DNA of 64,000 bases from Candidatus Nanohaloarchaea archaeon (GTDB lineage: Archaea > Nanohalarchaeota > Nanosalinia > Nanosalinales > Nanosalinaceae), in contig JBDGRK010000018.1 of NCBI GenBank assembly GCA_042218075.1, forward strand, positions 32,001 to 96,000, given 5' to 3'. Under the pieces are notes generated by a model. It had not been told where the DNA came from, made no database searches, and saw only the letters and a program-made list of their open reading frames with translations. Shown one piece after another: positions 37,679 through 50,100 of this stretch. Position 1 is the first letter of the stretch. Each line of letters begins with the position of its first letter. The position numbers and the translations under genes are program-made.

Positions 37679-39472
37679 ATGACGAAGGTATTTCTTGATG
37701 GAGAACTGGTGGACGAGATAGAAGAGCCTGAAGAGATAAAAGATTCTGTTATGGAAAGAAGAAGGAGCGGTGAACTGGATAAAGAAGTCTCAGTATACTA
37801 TGCTGAAGACAAGGACGAGCTGAGGATAAACTCCGATGCGGGAAGGGTCCAGAGACCTGTAATTATAGTTGAAGATGGAGAGCCGCAGCTGACGGACGAC
37901 CAGAGAGAAAAGCTCTCCGAGGGGAAAATTACACTAGAAGACCTGGAAGAGAAGGGAGTTATAGAGTATATTGACGCGGAGGAAGAGGAGAACGCGTATG
38001 TGGCTATGGATGAGGAAGAAGTGACCGAGGAGCACACTCACATGGAGATCGACCCGGCGATCACCCACGGCCTATCCGCCTCACTCGTGGTCTTTCCCGA
38101 ACACAACAGGGGAGACAGGGTCAACTTCGGAGCAAAAATGTCGGGACAGGGAATTGGAATGTATTCGCGCGAATATCCGCAGAGGTTCGACACCAACGCT
38201 AACGTACTGACATACGCGCAGCAGCCTGTAGTCGAGACGCAGACGTACGATACGCTTCTACACGACCACCCGATAGGCCAGAACATGATAATCGCACTTG
38301 GTTCTTTCGACGGCTACAATATTGAGGACGCTGTTATAATGAACAAGGCGAGTATTGAGAGAGGGCTCGCGAGATCAGCCTACATGAGAACCTACAAGAC
38401 AGAGGCACAGAGGTTCTGGGGCGGACAGCAGGATGAAATTGGAGTACCGGACAAGGATGTAAGAGGATACAGGAGCGAGGAAGCATACGCTCACCTGGAT
38501 GAGGATGGAATAGTCAACCCCGAGACAGAGGTCGATTCAGATGACGTACTGGTCGGGAAGACCTCGCCTCCGAAGTTCTTGGGATCCGGAGGAGAAGACG
38601 TCAAGATGGGGCTTGCAGACAGGAGGGAGACCAGTCTCACGGTCAGACACGGAGAGCAGGGCAAGATCGATACTGTGATGGTCTCCGAGACAGGAGAAGG
38701 AGACAAACTCATCAAGATGAAACTTCGCGAGTACAGAATTCCGGAGCTCGGCGACAAGTTCGCGACCAGACATGGCCAGAAGGGAGTCATAGGGATGATT
38801 GCATCCGAGGAAGACATGCCTTTCACCAGGCAGGGAATCACACCGGACATGATCCTTTCAACCCACGCCATCCCCAGCCGCATGACAGTGTCACAGATAA
38901 TCGAACTGATCGGCGGAAAGGTAGGTGCGATGAGAGGAGAGCCTGTAGACGGTACCGCCTTCCACTCCGAAGACAAGGACGAACTCAAGGAGGAGCTGGA
39001 AGAACTTGGATTCAGGTCCTCAGGAAAGGAAGTGATGTACGACGGAGTAACGGGAGAGGAAATGGAGGCGGAGATACTGATTGGGCCAGGATACTACCTG
39101 AAACTGGATCATCAGGTCGGCGACAAGATTCACGCAAGAGCCAGAGGACCGGTCACCCTCCTGACAAAACAGCCTACCGAGGGAAGATCCCAGGAGGGAG
39201 GTCTAAGGCTGGGAGAGATGGAAAAAGATGTCTTCGTAGGACACGGAGCTTCCCTGCTACTCAAGGAGAGATTCGGGGCTGACGCCACCGAGATCAAGGT
39301 ATGTGAGAAGTGTGGAGAAGTAGGTATGCTTGACCGCGAGGAAAACGCTGAATACTGTCCAAACTGCGAATCAGGCGACCTCGAAGAGACAGAAGTACCT
39401 CATGCATTCCTGCTGCTCCTGAACGAGCTAAAATCACTTATGATCGACTCCGAGATAGAACTCGAAAGCTGA
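37679..39472 (+). CDS. rpoB1: RNA polymerase subunit B' (Rpo2C)
   Basis: GYNIEDA, GDKFATRHGQKG, GLRLGEME. Confidence 0.96.
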   Translation: MTKVFLDGELVDEIEEPEEIKDSVMERRRSGELDKEVSVYYAEDKDELRINSDAGRVQRPVIIVEDGEPQLTDDQREKLSEGKITLEDLEEKGVIEYIDAEEEENAYVAMDEEEVTEEHTHMEIDPAITHGLSASLVVFPEHNRGDRVNFGAKMSGQGIGMYSREYPQRFDTNANVLTYAQQPVVETQTYDTLLHDHPIGQNMIIALGSFDGYNIEDAVIMNKASIERGLARSAYMRTYKTEAQRFWGGQQDEIGVPDKDVRGYRSEEAYAHLDEDGIVNPETEVDSDDVLVGKTSPPKFLGSGGEDVKMGLADRRETSLTVRHGEQGKIDTVMVSETGEGDKLIKMKLREYRIPELGDKFATRHGQKGVIGMIASEEDMPFTRQGITPDMILSTHAIPSRMTVSQIIELIGGKVGAMRGEPVDGTAFHSEDKDELKEELEELGFRSSGKEVMYDGVTGEEMEAEILIGPGYYLKLDHQVGDKIHARARGPVTLLTKQPTEGRSQEGGLRLGEMEKDVFVGHGASLLLKERFGADATEIKVCEKCGEVGMLDREENAEYCPNCESGDLEETEVPHAFLLLLNELKSLMIDSEIELES

Positions 39473-39477
39473 TAATC

Positions 39478-41943
39478 ATGAAAGAGATAGAAAAGATAGA
39501 ATTCGGAATTGTTGACGCGGAGAAAATCCAGAATATTGCGGTAAAGGAGATTGATAAAGCAGAAGTCTACGATGCGGACGGATTTCCCGTTGAAGACGGT
39601 GTCATGGATCCAGCGCTGGGAGTGATCGATCCGGGTATGACATGCCAGACCTGCGGCGGAAAGATTCGGGAGTGCAAGGGCCACTTCGGAAAGATTACTT
39701 TAAGCCGCCCGGTTGTACATGTACTACACAACAAGAAGGTGAGAAACCTTCTGAGGTTCACCTGCCACGAATGCCATACGCTGTGCATAAAGAATGAGGA
39801 TAAATCGCTCAGGAAGTCCAACATGATGAACGAGTGCCCGGAATGCGGGGAAGAAGTTATGGACGTGAGACTTGACAAACCGTATTCATACTACGAGGAT
39901 GGCGAAGAGCTAAAGCCACAGGACATACAGGAAAGATTTGAAGAGGTAAGCGACGAGACCGCTGCAACTCTGGGAGTCGAAGGCGGGAGGCCTGAAGATC
40001 TTATCATAACTCACGTTCCGGTGCCCCCTGTGACAATGAGACCGAGCATCACGCTGGAGACAGGGGAGAGGTCCGAGGACGATATCACTCACAAGCTTGT
40101 AGATGTTATCAGGATAAACAAGAGGCTTCAAAACAATATAGAAATCGAGGCTCCCGACTTTATTATCGACGATCTTCACGAACTGCTGCAGTACCACGTT
40201 TCAACGCTGTTCTACAACGACATGAGTAATGTTCCGCCTGCAAGACACAGATCCGGAAGATCGCTCAAGTCGCTGATTGAGAGAGTTCAGGGTAAAGAGG
40301 GGCGTTTCAGGCAGAACCTGATCGGCAAGAGGGTCAACTTTTCCTCTAGAACAGTCATATCCCCCGATCCAAACATCGGCATCAACGAGGTAGGAGTACC
40401 GAAGCAGGTGGCCAGAAAGCTTACTATCAAGGTGAAGATAGATGAAGAGAATATGGATCGGGTGAAGAAATGGATTGAGAATGGAAGAGAGGAACACCCC
40501 GGGGCGAACTACGTTTTCCAGCCTGACGGAAGAAGGAGAAGAATCACTGAAGAGAACAAGGAAGATATGATCGAAGCCGTGGAGCCTGGAGAGGGATGGG
40601 AAATCGAGAGACATCTCCAGGACGGCGACATCTCACTGTTCAACAGGCAACCCTCACTACACAGGATGTCGATCATGGCACACCACGTGAGAGTTCTTCC
40701 ATACCGAACATTCCGCATCAACCCGAACGTCTGCGCTCCCTACAACGCCGACTTCGACGGTGACGAGATGAACCTGCATATCCCACAGACAGAGGAAGCA
40801 AGGGCGGAGGCAGAGGAACTGCTCAAGGTGCAGGAGCACGCCAAGTCTCCAAAGATGGGAGGACCGATCCTCGGCATGCTACAGGACTACGTGTCCGGAC
40901 TATACCTTCTTACGCAGGAGGACATGGAACTCTCCAGGGAGAAAGCTTTCAACCTTCTCGCAGAGGCGGGAGAGCACGAGAAAAGTCTACCTGACAAGGA
41001 TACCATAACCGGCAAGGAAATGGTTTCGATGTTCATACCGGACGACATCTCTCTTACCATAAACGAGGGAGAGGAAAACGAGGTAGTTATTGAAGACGGA
41101 GAACTGGCTGAAGGAGTGCTGGACGAGGACGCACTCGGGGACTACGGGGGCGAGATCATCCAGCAGCTAAATATTGAATACGGGAGCGAAAAGGTAGCGG
41201 AGTTCCTGAACAGGGTTTCCAGAATCGGCGCCGTCTACCTGACAAGGAGAGGTTTCTCCATCAGTCTGGACGACCTTGAAGTACCTGAGGAAGCCACGGA
41301 TGAAATCCACGAACTAATAGAACAAACTATTAACGACGCTGAAGAAGTCATCGAAGGGTACAGGTCGGGAGAGATGGAACCGATTACAGGCAAGACACTG
41401 GACGAGACACGCGAGATAAGGATCACACAGACCCTGAACAACGTGTTTACCGATATTGGAGAAATAATAAGAGAAAACGTTGAAGATGATAGCTCAGCAT
41501 ACATCATGGCCGACTCCGGTGCGAGAGGCTCCATGGAGAACGTTACAACCATGGCAGGACTGATGGGGCAGAACTCGGTCCGAGACCAGAGGATAAACAG
41601 GGGATACAAGGACAGGACCACATCCCACTTCAAGCCCGGAGAACTGTCTCCGAAGGCTAAAGGATTCGTATCCTCATCGATCCTGGAAGGACTTGACGCA
41701 CAGGAAATGTTCTTCCACCAGATGTCGCAGAGAAAGGCTCTGATGGACAAGTCGTTGAGAACCAAGACATCCGGATACATGTACCGTCGACTGTCCAACT
41801 CCCTCCAGGACCTTACTGTGAGAGAAGACCAGACGGTGAGGAACGCGCAGGACGATATAATCCAGTTCAGAGCTGGAGAAGACGGAGTTGACCCACAAAA
41901 ATCCGACAGAGGAATAATATCCACGGAAATAGAGACCAGCTAG
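39478..41943 (+). CDS. rpoA1: RNA polymerase subunit A' (Rpo1N)
   Basis: Catalytic YNADFDGDEMN; FNRQPSLH. Confidence 0.97.
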   Translation: MKEIEKIEFGIVDAEKIQNIAVKEIDKAEVYDADGFPVEDGVMDPALGVIDPGMTCQTCGGKIRECKGHFGKITLSRPVVHVLHNKKVRNLLRFTCHECHTLCIKNEDKSLRKSNMMNECPECGEEVMDVRLDKPYSYYEDGEELKPQDIQERFEEVSDETAATLGVEGGRPEDLIITHVPVPPVTMRPSITLETGERSEDDITHKLVDVIRINKRLQNNIEIEAPDFIIDDLHELLQYHVSTLFYNDMSNVPPARHRSGRSLKSLIERVQGKEGRFRQNLIGKRVNFSSRTVISPDPNIGINEVGVPKQVARKLTIKVKIDEENMDRVKKWIENGREEHPGANYVFQPDGRRRRITEENKEDMIEAVEPGEGWEIERHLQDGDISLFNRQPSLHRMSIMAHHVRVLPYRTFRINPNVCAPYNADFDGDEMNLHIPQTEEARAEAEELLKVQEHAKSPKMGGPILGMLQDYVSGLYLLTQEDMELSREKAFNLLAEAGEHEKSLPDKDTITGKEMVSMFIPDDISLTINEGEENEVVIEDGELAEGVLDEDALGDYGGEIIQQLNIEYGSEKVAEFLNRVSRIGAVYLTRRGFSISLDDLEVPEEATDEIHELIEQTINDAEEVIEGYRSGEMEPITGKTLDETREIRITQTLNNVFTDIGEIIRENVEDDSSAYIMADSGARGSMENVTTMAGLMGQNSVRDQRINRGYKDRTTSHFKPGELSPKAKGFVSSSILEGLDAQEMFFHQMSQRKALMDKSLRTKTSGYMYRRLSNSLQDLTVREDQTVRNAQDDIIQFRAGEDGVDPQKSDRGIISTEIETS

Positions 41944-41953
41944 GTGATCAGGC

Positions 41954-43063
41954 ATGAATGACATACTTGAATGGCGTGAAAGGGCTGAACGGCTTCCTGA
42001 AAAGTACGATAACCTAGATCTTACTGAGGAACAGAAGGAAACTCTTAAAGAGCGCTACCAGAAGATGCAGTACGAGCCCGGAGAATCGATCGGTCTGGTC
42101 GCCGCTCAGTCTTTGGGAGAACCGGCGACACAGCTGACGATGGAAACATACCACGCAGCAGGAGCCGCCCAGGTGAGTCTTACCGCGGGGCTTCCGAGGC
42201 TGGAGGAAATAGTTGACGCGAGGAGAAACCCTGATACGCCTTCAATGGATGTATACCTGCATGAAGACTACGATAATGAGGAAGACGCGAAGCAGGTGGC
42301 TAGAAAGCTCCGGGAGGTAACTTTCGGGGACCTGATCCGGAAGGATACTCTCGATATAATGCAACTTGAGGTCGAATACGAACTTAATGAAGACCTGATG
42401 GAAGACTATGATGTTGACGCGGAGGACATAAAGTCAAGGATCAAGGACTCCGTGAAGAAAGTTAAGGTGGAGATCGACGGGAATACCCTTACACTGACTT
42501 CTTCTGAAGACGACTACGATCTAAGAGATCTGAAGGACCTGAAGAATGATGCGGAAGAGGCAAGGATCAAGGGCATAAAGGGAATAGAACAGGTTGTTGT
42601 CAACCAGCAGAACGGTGAGTGGAGGCTCCAGACCGCGGGCACCTCTCTGAGAAAAACACTGAAAATTGAAGAGGTTGACGAGACACGCACCATCTCAAAT
42701 GATCTCTACGAAGTTAAGAAAGTGGTTGGGGTGGAAGCACTGAGGCAGAGGATCGTGGAGGAGATCAACGACACGCTGGACGCGCAGGGAATCGGAGTCG
42801 ACGACAGGCACATCATGTTACTCGCAGATATGATGACAAAGGAAGGAGAACTCAACGGAACCACAAGGTACGGTATAGTCGGAAACAAGGAATCGGTACT
42901 GGCAAGATCAGCATACGAGGAGACCAAGAAACATCTCACGAACGCCTCACTCTGGGGAGAGAGCGACGAGCTTGAAGGTATCGTCGAGAACCTGATGGTT
43001 GGCCAGGCAGTACCCACAGGAACAGGAGTTGTAGAGCTCAAACCGGGATTCGGCGATGACTAG
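41954..43063 (+). CDS. rpoA2: RNA polymerase subunit A'' (Rpo1C)
   Basis: AAQSLGEPATQLTM, GLPRLEEI, RHIMLLADMMT. Confidence 0.96.
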   Translation: MNDILEWRERAERLPEKYDNLDLTEEQKETLKERYQKMQYEPGESIGLVAAQSLGEPATQLTMETYHAAGAAQVSLTAGLPRLEEIVDARRNPDTPSMDVYLHEDYDNEEDAKQVARKLREVTFGDLIRKDTLDIMQLEVEYELNEDLMEDYDVDAEDIKSRIKDSVKKVKVEIDGNTLTLTSSEDDYDLRDLKDLKNDAEEARIKGIKGIEQVVVNQQNGEWRLQTAGTSLRKTLKIEEVDETRTISNDLYEVKKVVGVEALRQRIVEEINDTLDAQGIGVDDRHIMLLADMMTKEGELNGTTRYGIVGNKESVLARSAYEETKKHLTNASLWGESDELEGIVENLMVGQAVPTGTGVVELKPGFGDD

Positions 43064-43144
43064 AGAACAGAGGTTTATAAAATATGGGTCTAAATTTGAT
43101 GGTACAGAAGCTGTAAACAGAATATTGTTCTCAGAGGATAATAC

Positions 43145-43567
43145 ATGTCAACAGTAACCTACGACACGGAAAACATCCGCGCGATGAACATGTTTGAATC
43201 GGTGAGCGGTGTAGAAGCTATCGACGTTATTCTGAAGGACAGTGAGGCCTACTTCGTTGTTCCCGAGGGAAAGGCAGGCATGGCGATTGGAAAGGGAGGA
43301 AAGGTTGTCAACAAGATACAGGACAAGCTGGACAAGGATGTGAAGATCTACGAGTACAGCGACAACCTCGGCAAGTTCCTGAACAACCTTGTGCCCACAG
43401 ACCTGAGAGGAGTGGATATCGAGAATGGGGAAGAAGAGAAGAAGGTCGAAATTTCTGTCGCCCCGGACAACAAGGGAAGGGTTGTCGGAAAGAACGGAAA
43501 CAAGATCGACTCAATCAGAAAGGTTTTACAGAGAACACACGGAGTCGACGAAGTAGTGGTGGATTAA
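43145..43567 (+). CDS. nusA: Archaeal NusA
   Basis: Two KH motifs AIGKGG and VVGKNG; conserved position. Confidence 0.92.
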   Translation: MSTVTYDTENIRAMNMFESVSGVEAIDVILKDSEAYFVVPEGKAGMAIGKGGKVVNKIQDKLDKDVKIYEYSDNLGKFLNNLVPTDLRGVDIENGEEEKKVEISVAPDNKGRVVGKNGNKIDSIRKVLQRTHGVDEVVVD

Positions 43568-43588
43568 AGCTTTGAAGCTTGAGTTCGA

Positions 43589-43909
43589 ATGAACTCTATG
43601 GCTGACGAAATCCATTTCTGTCCAAACTGCGGTTCGCTGAACGTGGAACCTGATACCTCTAACAGGGCCGAGATATACTTTTCAGGCGGTAACCCGAACA
43701 AGTGGATGTGTAATGAGTGCAAGTACAATGGCTTAATGCCGGAGGGAGACCCTGAAGAGGATTTCGGGGATGAAATGGATCAAGCGGAGTTTGATACCGA
43801 CCAAGAATACGTGAGAATTGACACAGGTTTTGGCGAAGGATACCTCAAATTTGTGATTTACATTATTATTCCGGCAACTTTTATCTACCTCGTTCTGCTC
43901 TACATCTGA
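43589..43909 (+). CDS. Zinc-ribbon protein with C-terminal TM
   Basis: CPNC and CNEC motifs; hydrophobic tail. Confidence 0.6.
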   Translation: MNSMADEIHFCPNCGSLNVEPDTSNRAEIYFSGGNPNKWMCNECKYNGLMPEGDPEEDFGDEMDQAEFDTDQEYVRIDTGFGEGYLKFVIYIIIPATFIYLVLLYI

Positions 43910-43944
43910 GTAACCTTATTTTTAACCCTGCCAAATTCAGTTGT

Positions 43945-45510
43945 ATGAAGAATCCGAAAAAGGATCTGGAAGACTTTAACCGGTTCAGGAAAGTTCTCAC
44001 AATTATAACTGAAGAAGGATTCAAGTACCTGCTTGACCGCATCAATCTCTCTGAACACGTCCCGCTCACGAAGAGAGTGGTGAACAGGAAGAGGGAGACC
44101 AGGCCGGAGAGGGTCAGGGAGACGGTCGAAAAGCTCGGAACCACCTACATAAAGTTCGGCCAAATACTCGCGGAGAGGCCCGACATAGTATCAGAAAAGT
44201 ACTGCGAGGAGCTGGAAAAGCTTGAGGACTCGGCACCTGAATTCCCGATTGAAAAAGCCAGGAATGTAGTGGATGAAGAAATAGGTCTTGATGAGATCGA
44301 GGAATTTGAGGAGGAAGCCATAGCGGCAGCCTCAATAGCCCAGGTCCACAGGGGAAAATTGAAGAATGGCGATGAAGTCATCTTCAAGATCAGGAGGCCT
44401 GGAGTGGTGGAACAGGTCGAGAAAGACCTTGACATACTTCTCTATATTGCGAGCAAGGTTGACGGGCACGTGGGGATTGGAAAAAACTTCATCTACAAGG
44501 AGGCGGAGGAATTCGCCAGGTGGACCAGAAACGAGCTTGATTTCGAGAAAGAGGCCAGGAACGCAAGGGTTTTCAGGGAAAACATGGAAGACGAGGAAAA
44601 TGTCAGGGTGCCGAAAATATACCCTGAACTCAGTTCCGAAAGGCTGCTGGTGATGGAGTACATCGATGCATTCAAGTGTGACAACGTTGAAAAAATCCGT
44701 GAGGCAGGCGTTGATGAGAAAGAGATAGCGCGCTCCGGTATAAGAGCGGTCCTGAAACAGATTCTCAGGGATGGACTTCTCCACGCGGACCCTCATCCAT
44801 CCAACTTCATGGTGGATAAAGACGGTAATCTTGTTTTCCTGGATTTCGGGATGATGACAAGGATCTCAGAGGAAACTCAGAGGGAACTAGGGATGATGAT
44901 GCTCCAGATTGGAAACCAGGATGTGGAAGGCCTCCTCGAAACGATCAGGCGTATAGCAGAAGTAAAAGAAGACGCTGATATAGAGAGCTTCAAGAAAGAG
45001 CTCGAGAGAGAAACACTCAAACTCCGGGACACTTCGATAGAAGAGCAGAGCGTTAGCAGGGTTCTGATAAGGCTCTCCCAGCAGGCCGCTACTCACAGAA
45101 TATACCTTCCAACAAAGATCACGCTGATAGGGAAGGGGATACTGACAATAGAAGGCATAGGCCTCAAAATATACCCGGAATTCGAGGTTGGAGACGAGTT
45201 CCAGGATCAGGTTGAAAAACTTCTGCTCAAGCAGAACAGCCCGGACGATATGGCGAAGGATTTCCTGTTCAACATGATACAGAACAGGGAGCTGATCACG
45301 AAGATGCCGGAGAAATTGAACAAGAAGATCGACGAGGTAGAAAGGAAGCAGAAGATAGAGATCAGACAGAAGAAGAGACAAAAGTTTCTGCCAATCATTC
45401 TGATCATCAGTTCAACCATTCTGGTGGCTGCCTCACTTTACGACCGCATGTTCCTCTACATAGGTTTGCTGGAGCTTCTGTATGGTCTGCATCTTTTCGA
45501 GAAAAACTGA
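43945..45510 (+). CDS. ABC1/UbiB (AarF) family atypical kinase
   Basis: [27 protein letters not shown]. Confidence 0.92.
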   Translation: MKNPKKDLEDFNRFRKVLTIITEEGFKYLLDRINLSEHVPLTKRVVNRKRETRPERVRETVEKLGTTYIKFGQILAERPDIVSEKYCEELEKLEDSAPEFPIEKARNVVDEEIGLDEIEEFEEEAIAAASIAQVHRGKLKNGDEVIFKIRRPGVVEQVEKDLDILLYIASKVDGHVGIGKNFIYKEAEEFARWTRNELDFEKEARNARVFRENMEDEENVRVPKIYPELSSERLLVMEYIDAFKCDNVEKIREAGVDEKEIARSGIRAVLKQILRDGLLHADPHPSNFMVDKDGNLVFLDFGMMTRISEETQRELGMMMLQIGNQDVEGLLETIRRIAEVKEDADIESFKKELERETLKLRDTSIEEQSVSRVLIRLSQQAATHRIYLPTKITLIGKGILTIEGIGLKIYPEFEVGDEFQDQVEKLLLKQNSPDDMAKDFLFNMIQNRELITKMPEKLNKKIDEVERKQKIEIRQKKRQKFLPIILIISSTILVAASLYDRMFLYIGLLELLYGLHLFEKN

Positions 45511-45551
45511 TCATCTCATATAAAAAACTTCACTCCGTTTTTCAGGTTACG

Positions 45552-45974
45552 ATGGGGCTCTACAACGCTCGAAAAATGAGGAAGAAGCGCCAGCAGTACC
45601 GCTGGAGCGACATCGATTACAAGCGGAGGATGAAGAACCTGAAGGAGAAGGCCGATCCCCTGGAAGGATCACCTCAGGGAAGAGGCATTGTCCTGGAGAA
45701 AAGGATTATCGAGGCAAAGCAGCCGAACTCCGCGCTGAGAAAATGCGTTCGAGTCCAGCTAATCAAAAACGGGAAACAGCTGACAGCCTTCGTTCCCGGA
45801 GACGGAGCCATCGATCACATAGACGAGCACGACGAGGTACTGATCGAGGGAATCGGAGGGGCAGACGCCGGACCGAAGGGAGACATCCCGACAGTAAGGT
45901 ACCAGGTTGTGAAGGTCAACGGAGTATCGCTGATCGAACTGGTCAGAGGCAACCAGCAGAAACCGACGAGGTAA
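45552..45974 (+). CDS. rps12: 30S ribosomal protein S12
   Basis: [17 protein letters not shown]. Confidence 0.97.
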   Translation: MGLYNARKMRKKRQQYRWSDIDYKRRMKNLKEKADPLEGSPQGRGIVLEKRIIEAKQPNSALRKCVRVQLIKNGKQLTAFVPGDGAIDHIDEHDEVLIEGIGGADAGPKGDIPTVRYQVVKVNGVSLIELVRGNQQKPTR

Positions 45975-45987
45975 GGTGAATAATAAA

Positions 45988-46614
45988 ATGACGAGTGCAA
46001 CCAAGATTGAAGTCGAGGACGAACTCCTCACGATGGGAAGATGGGACGCGGGAGAAGCGGATATAGATGACGATGGACTCGTGAGATACATCAACCTGGA
46101 GAATATTCTGGCTCCCAGATCAAGGGGAAGGCACAGCGAAAAGCAGTTCTACAAAGCTGATGTCCCAATCGTTGAGAGGCTTTTGAACCGGCTTTACGTA
46201 GCCGGGCACCGCGGATCGAAGCATTACATCGACTCGGGACACAACACGGGAAAGAGCCAGAAGCTCTGGAAGATGATCGAGGAAACCTTCGAGATAATCG
46301 AAGAAGAAACTGGAGAGAATCCCGTGCAGGTTCTTGTTGATGCGATTGAAAACTCTTCACCAGCTGAAGAGGTAGTCACATACCAGAGAGGAGGAGTCAG
46401 GGCAAGAAAAGCAGTTATCGTTTCCCCGCAGAGGAGAGTCGATCTCGCACTCAGACTACTGATCCAGGGCTCCTACGAGAAAAGGAGAAACGACCCGGAT
46501 ACAGCTGCGGAGACGCTCGCCAACGAACTGATCATCGCCGCCAACGGGAACGACGATGCGAGAGCAGTGAGAGAGAAAGAGAGGAGAGAGAAGGAAGCAG
46601 AAGGTGCGAGGTAG
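45988..46614 (+). CDS. rps7: 30S ribosomal protein S7
   Basis: NPVQVLVDAIEN, SPQRRVDLALR. Confidence 0.96.
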   Translation: MTSATKIEVEDELLTMGRWDAGEADIDDDGLVRYINLENILAPRSRGRHSEKQFYKADVPIVERLLNRLYVAGHRGSKHYIDSGHNTGKSQKLWKMIEETFEIIEEETGENPVQVLVDAIENSSPAEEVVTYQRGGVRARKAVIVSPQRRVDLALRLLIQGSYEKRRNDPDTAAETLANELIIAANGNDDARAVREKERREKEAEGAR

Positions 46615-46664
46615 GCAGATTGCCTTTTAGAGAATCAGCAAGATTTTCGCGAATGTGAGATTTT

Positions 46665-47069
46665 ATGGCTATCCTGAAAAAATGGGTAAGAAAGAAATAT
46701 TTCGAAGACATTCTAGAAGGAGATAAGACAGTTGAAGTGAGATCGCCGGACTCAAGAGATAATGATTACAGGAATTTTGCGGAAGGAGATATTCTGAAGC
46801 TGAAGAACGAGGAAAGAGGAACTGCCTGCTTTGAGTTAACAGGTGTTGCCAATTATAATTCTGCACAAGAACTTCTATATGAAGAAGGAGTAGAGAGTGT
46901 TCTACCTGAAGCAGATCGTATTGAGGAAGCAGAAGAGGAAATCCATGGAGTATATGAACCTGATAGAATTAATAAAAATGGAATCTACGCTATCAGGCTT
47001 GGAGACCTTCTGCGTTCAAATCCTTGGCCTTTCCTATCAGAGTACGAAGAAGCCGCAATGCCCTTTTAA
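46665..47069 (+). CDS. ASCH-domain protein
   Basis: YFEDILEGDKTVEVR and EGD motifs. Confidence 0.8.
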   Translation: MAILKKWVRKKYFEDILEGDKTVEVRSPDSRDNDYRNFAEGDILKLKNEERGTACFELTGVANYNSAQELLYEEGVESVLPEADRIEEAEEEIHGVYEPDRINKNGIYAIRLGDLLRSNPWPFLSEYEEAAMPF

Positions 47070-47111
47070 ATCTTGCAACTGCTTCTTACTACATAATTCG
47101 AGGTATAACTG

Positions 47112-47172
47112 AAAATGAACGAAATTCAAAGAATTTCTGGGCATCCAGAAAATAACCTACGGTGATTTTCGA
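47112..47172 (+). repeat. Leader repeat copy 1 (u[19 protein letters not shown]) before fus
   Basis: 41/42 nt identical to 52806-52847; uORF 47115-47165 ends in the GGTGA SD. Confidence 0.8.
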
Positions 47173-50100
47173 ATGTCAGACGAGCTTGACGCCATTAAAG
47201 AGGTAATCAACGATCCCGAACACATCCGAAATATTGCTATCGCCGCTCATATAGACCACGGCAAATGCGTATCTCCGGACCAGCGGATCGCGCTTTCCGG
47301 CGGAAAACAGGTAAAAGCGGAAGAACTTTTTGAAGAATTCAGCGATAAAGGTGAAATTGTATCGAAAGGAGAAGAGACACAGATAAAGGTAGATTCTGGA
47401 GATGTTAGGGTCAAATCTCTCGATAAGAGAACGGGAGAAGTTGTAGACGGCGAAGTAACTGATCTGTGGAAGATGGAGAATAAAGACTCGATCTATAGAG
47501 TAGAACTTGAAGATGGAAAAAAAGTTGAGACAACTCCGGAACACGAATTTCTAACTCTAAGGCAGAATGGAAGCTTTGACTTCGTGGAGGCGAGAAACCT
47601 ATCTGAAAACCACACAGTAGTGGGTTCAAGGCTTCTGGAGGCCGATTCGCTAAGCGAGTCTGAACTGAAAGTGGAAATACTTGAAAGACTTTCAGAGGAC
47701 GCCAATTACTATATCAGGCTTGAAGAAGAGTTTGCGGAAAAGCTACAGTCTGATATGAAGGAATTAGGGATGGAAAAAACATATGAACAGATTAGACCTG
47801 TTCTCGAGTTCGAATCTTTCAGGCATTGCAGCTGGAGGGGAGAGTACAGGCTGAAGACAGTTCTACAACTTGCGGAAAAGTTCTCCAGTAAAGCAGAACT
47901 CTACGATAGTATTGAAACAGTTAATAGGAGAGGAACAGATAGCAAGGGAGTTCAGTCTTCGATCGAGGTAGAACTTCCAGACGATCTCTCCGGACTTTTC
48001 TACCTTGCAGGCATGTTCTTCGGAGACGGAGACCTTGAAGGGAACATTACTAATGACAACGAAGAGATCCAAAAGATTGTAGGGCGGAAGGCAGCAGATC
48101 TTGGGCTTGAACCTATTGCAAGAGAGTTTGAAGAAAGAGCTACAAGAATTGAGATAGGAGGAAAGACTCTCAGGAGAATTCTTGAAGATCTATTTGACTA
48201 TCCTGAAGAAGATAAATCAGCGAGCATCAAAATTTCAGATCTTGTATTCCGGTCGCCTGAAAGATACATTAGCGAGTTCATCAGGGGCTACATGGACGCG
48301 GACGGGACTGTAGAAGATTCCAGATCAGCGGTATCCGTAGGTTCAAAGAGCCTTAAAATGCTGGAAGACCTGCAGTTATTGCTCCAGAGGTTCGATATCG
48401 CTTCAAAGCTTAACAGGGAGAATAAAACCCTATACATCTCGGGAAGTCTATCTCTTGAGAACTACCTTGAGATCGGTTTCGAGCACCCGGTTAAACAGCA
48501 GAAGCTGGAGGAACTGGTTAAAGAAGCGGAAAGCTCAAAGGCTGATAGAGTTCCTATTGATGGAGAAGAGGTCAGAGAAGTAAGGAAGAAAGCCGAACTA
48601 ACGCAGAGCGATATGATCACCTCTTACACTAATTATGAGAACAATCATGTAGGTCTTACCAAGAAATCACTCAGAAAAATAACGGAGAGATTCGAGGAAG
48701 AAGGATTTGAAGGGCAGAAACTCAGAAGGCTGGAAAGACTCGCAGTCGCAGATACAACCTTCTCAAAGGTCAAAAATATAGAGAAGATGGAGAATACAGA
48801 GACTGTCTACGACTTCACGGTAGAGGATCACCACAACTTCATATCGGAGGGAATAGTTGTACATAACACTACTCTCACAGATAATTTACTGGCCAGAGCA
48901 GGCATGATTTCGGACAAGCTGGCAGGAGATCAAAGATTCATGGACTTCGACGACCAGGAGGCTGAGAGAGGGATCACGATCTACTCCGCCAACATCTCGA
49001 TGGTCCACGAGTTTGACGGCGACGATTACCTGATCAACCTTATCGACACTCCAGGCCACGTCGACTTCGGGGGAGACGTTACAAGAGCGATGAGGGCTGT
49101 CGACGGCGTTGTTGTCCTGGTTGACGCGGTTGATGGTGTCATGCCCCAGACCGAGACAGTCATGAAGCAGGCGCTGCAGGAAGGCGTCAAGCCTGTACTG
49201 TTCATCAACAAGGTAGACCGCCTGATAGAAGAGATGCAGCTGACTCCGGAGGAGATGCAGGAGCGGTTCAAGAAGATAATCAGAGAGGTCAACACCGCTC
49301 TTAGAAAGTATGCGGACGACGAGACCGCGGAGAACTGGAAGATGAAGGTGGATGATGGAACTGTAGCGTTTGGATCAGCGCTGATGAACTGGGCGATCTC
49401 GGTTCCATTTATGAAGGAGACCGGCATCTCGTTCGGGGAAATAATCGAAAGAGTAAACGAAGACGATCACGAAGGACTCGCGGAGGATGCACCGATCGAG
49501 GAAGTGGTGCTGGACATGGTTGTAAAGCACCTTATAGATCCCCATACCTCCGCGGAGTGGAGGATTCCAGCTGTATGGCCCGGCGACGTTGACTCGGAAG
49601 TAGGAAAGGACATGATGCAGCACGACCAGGATGGAAGACTGGTAGGTGTCGTAACGAATGTTGAAGACGATGAGCACGCGGGAACTATAGCCACCGCGAG
49701 ACTCTTTTCAGGAACAGTGAACGAGGGAGACGAGCTCTACGGTATAGGATCGCAGAAGACAGAGCGCGCCCAGCAGGTTGGAATTTACTCAGGACCCAGA
49801 AAGCTCACAGTTGACTCCGTTCCATGCGGAAATATCGCCGCGATCACCGGTCCTGACTTCTCAACGGGAGAGACTTTCATTCTGGATGGAGAGGAGGAGA
49901 TCCAGCCGTTCGAGCAGATCGAGCACGTCTTCGAGCCTGTTGTTACCAAGTCGATCGAGCCGAAGAGAACCTCCGATCTCCCCAAGCTTATCGAGGCGCT
50001 GAGGAAGCGCTCAAAGGAAGACAATACTATCGAAGTCGATATTGACGAGGAGACCGGCGAGACACTGGTCTCGGGACTCGGAGAACTCCACATAGAAGCC

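Noticed and set aside
36100-43063. Split rpoB and rpoA as pseudogenes
   Set aside because: These splits are normal in many archaea and motifs are intact.
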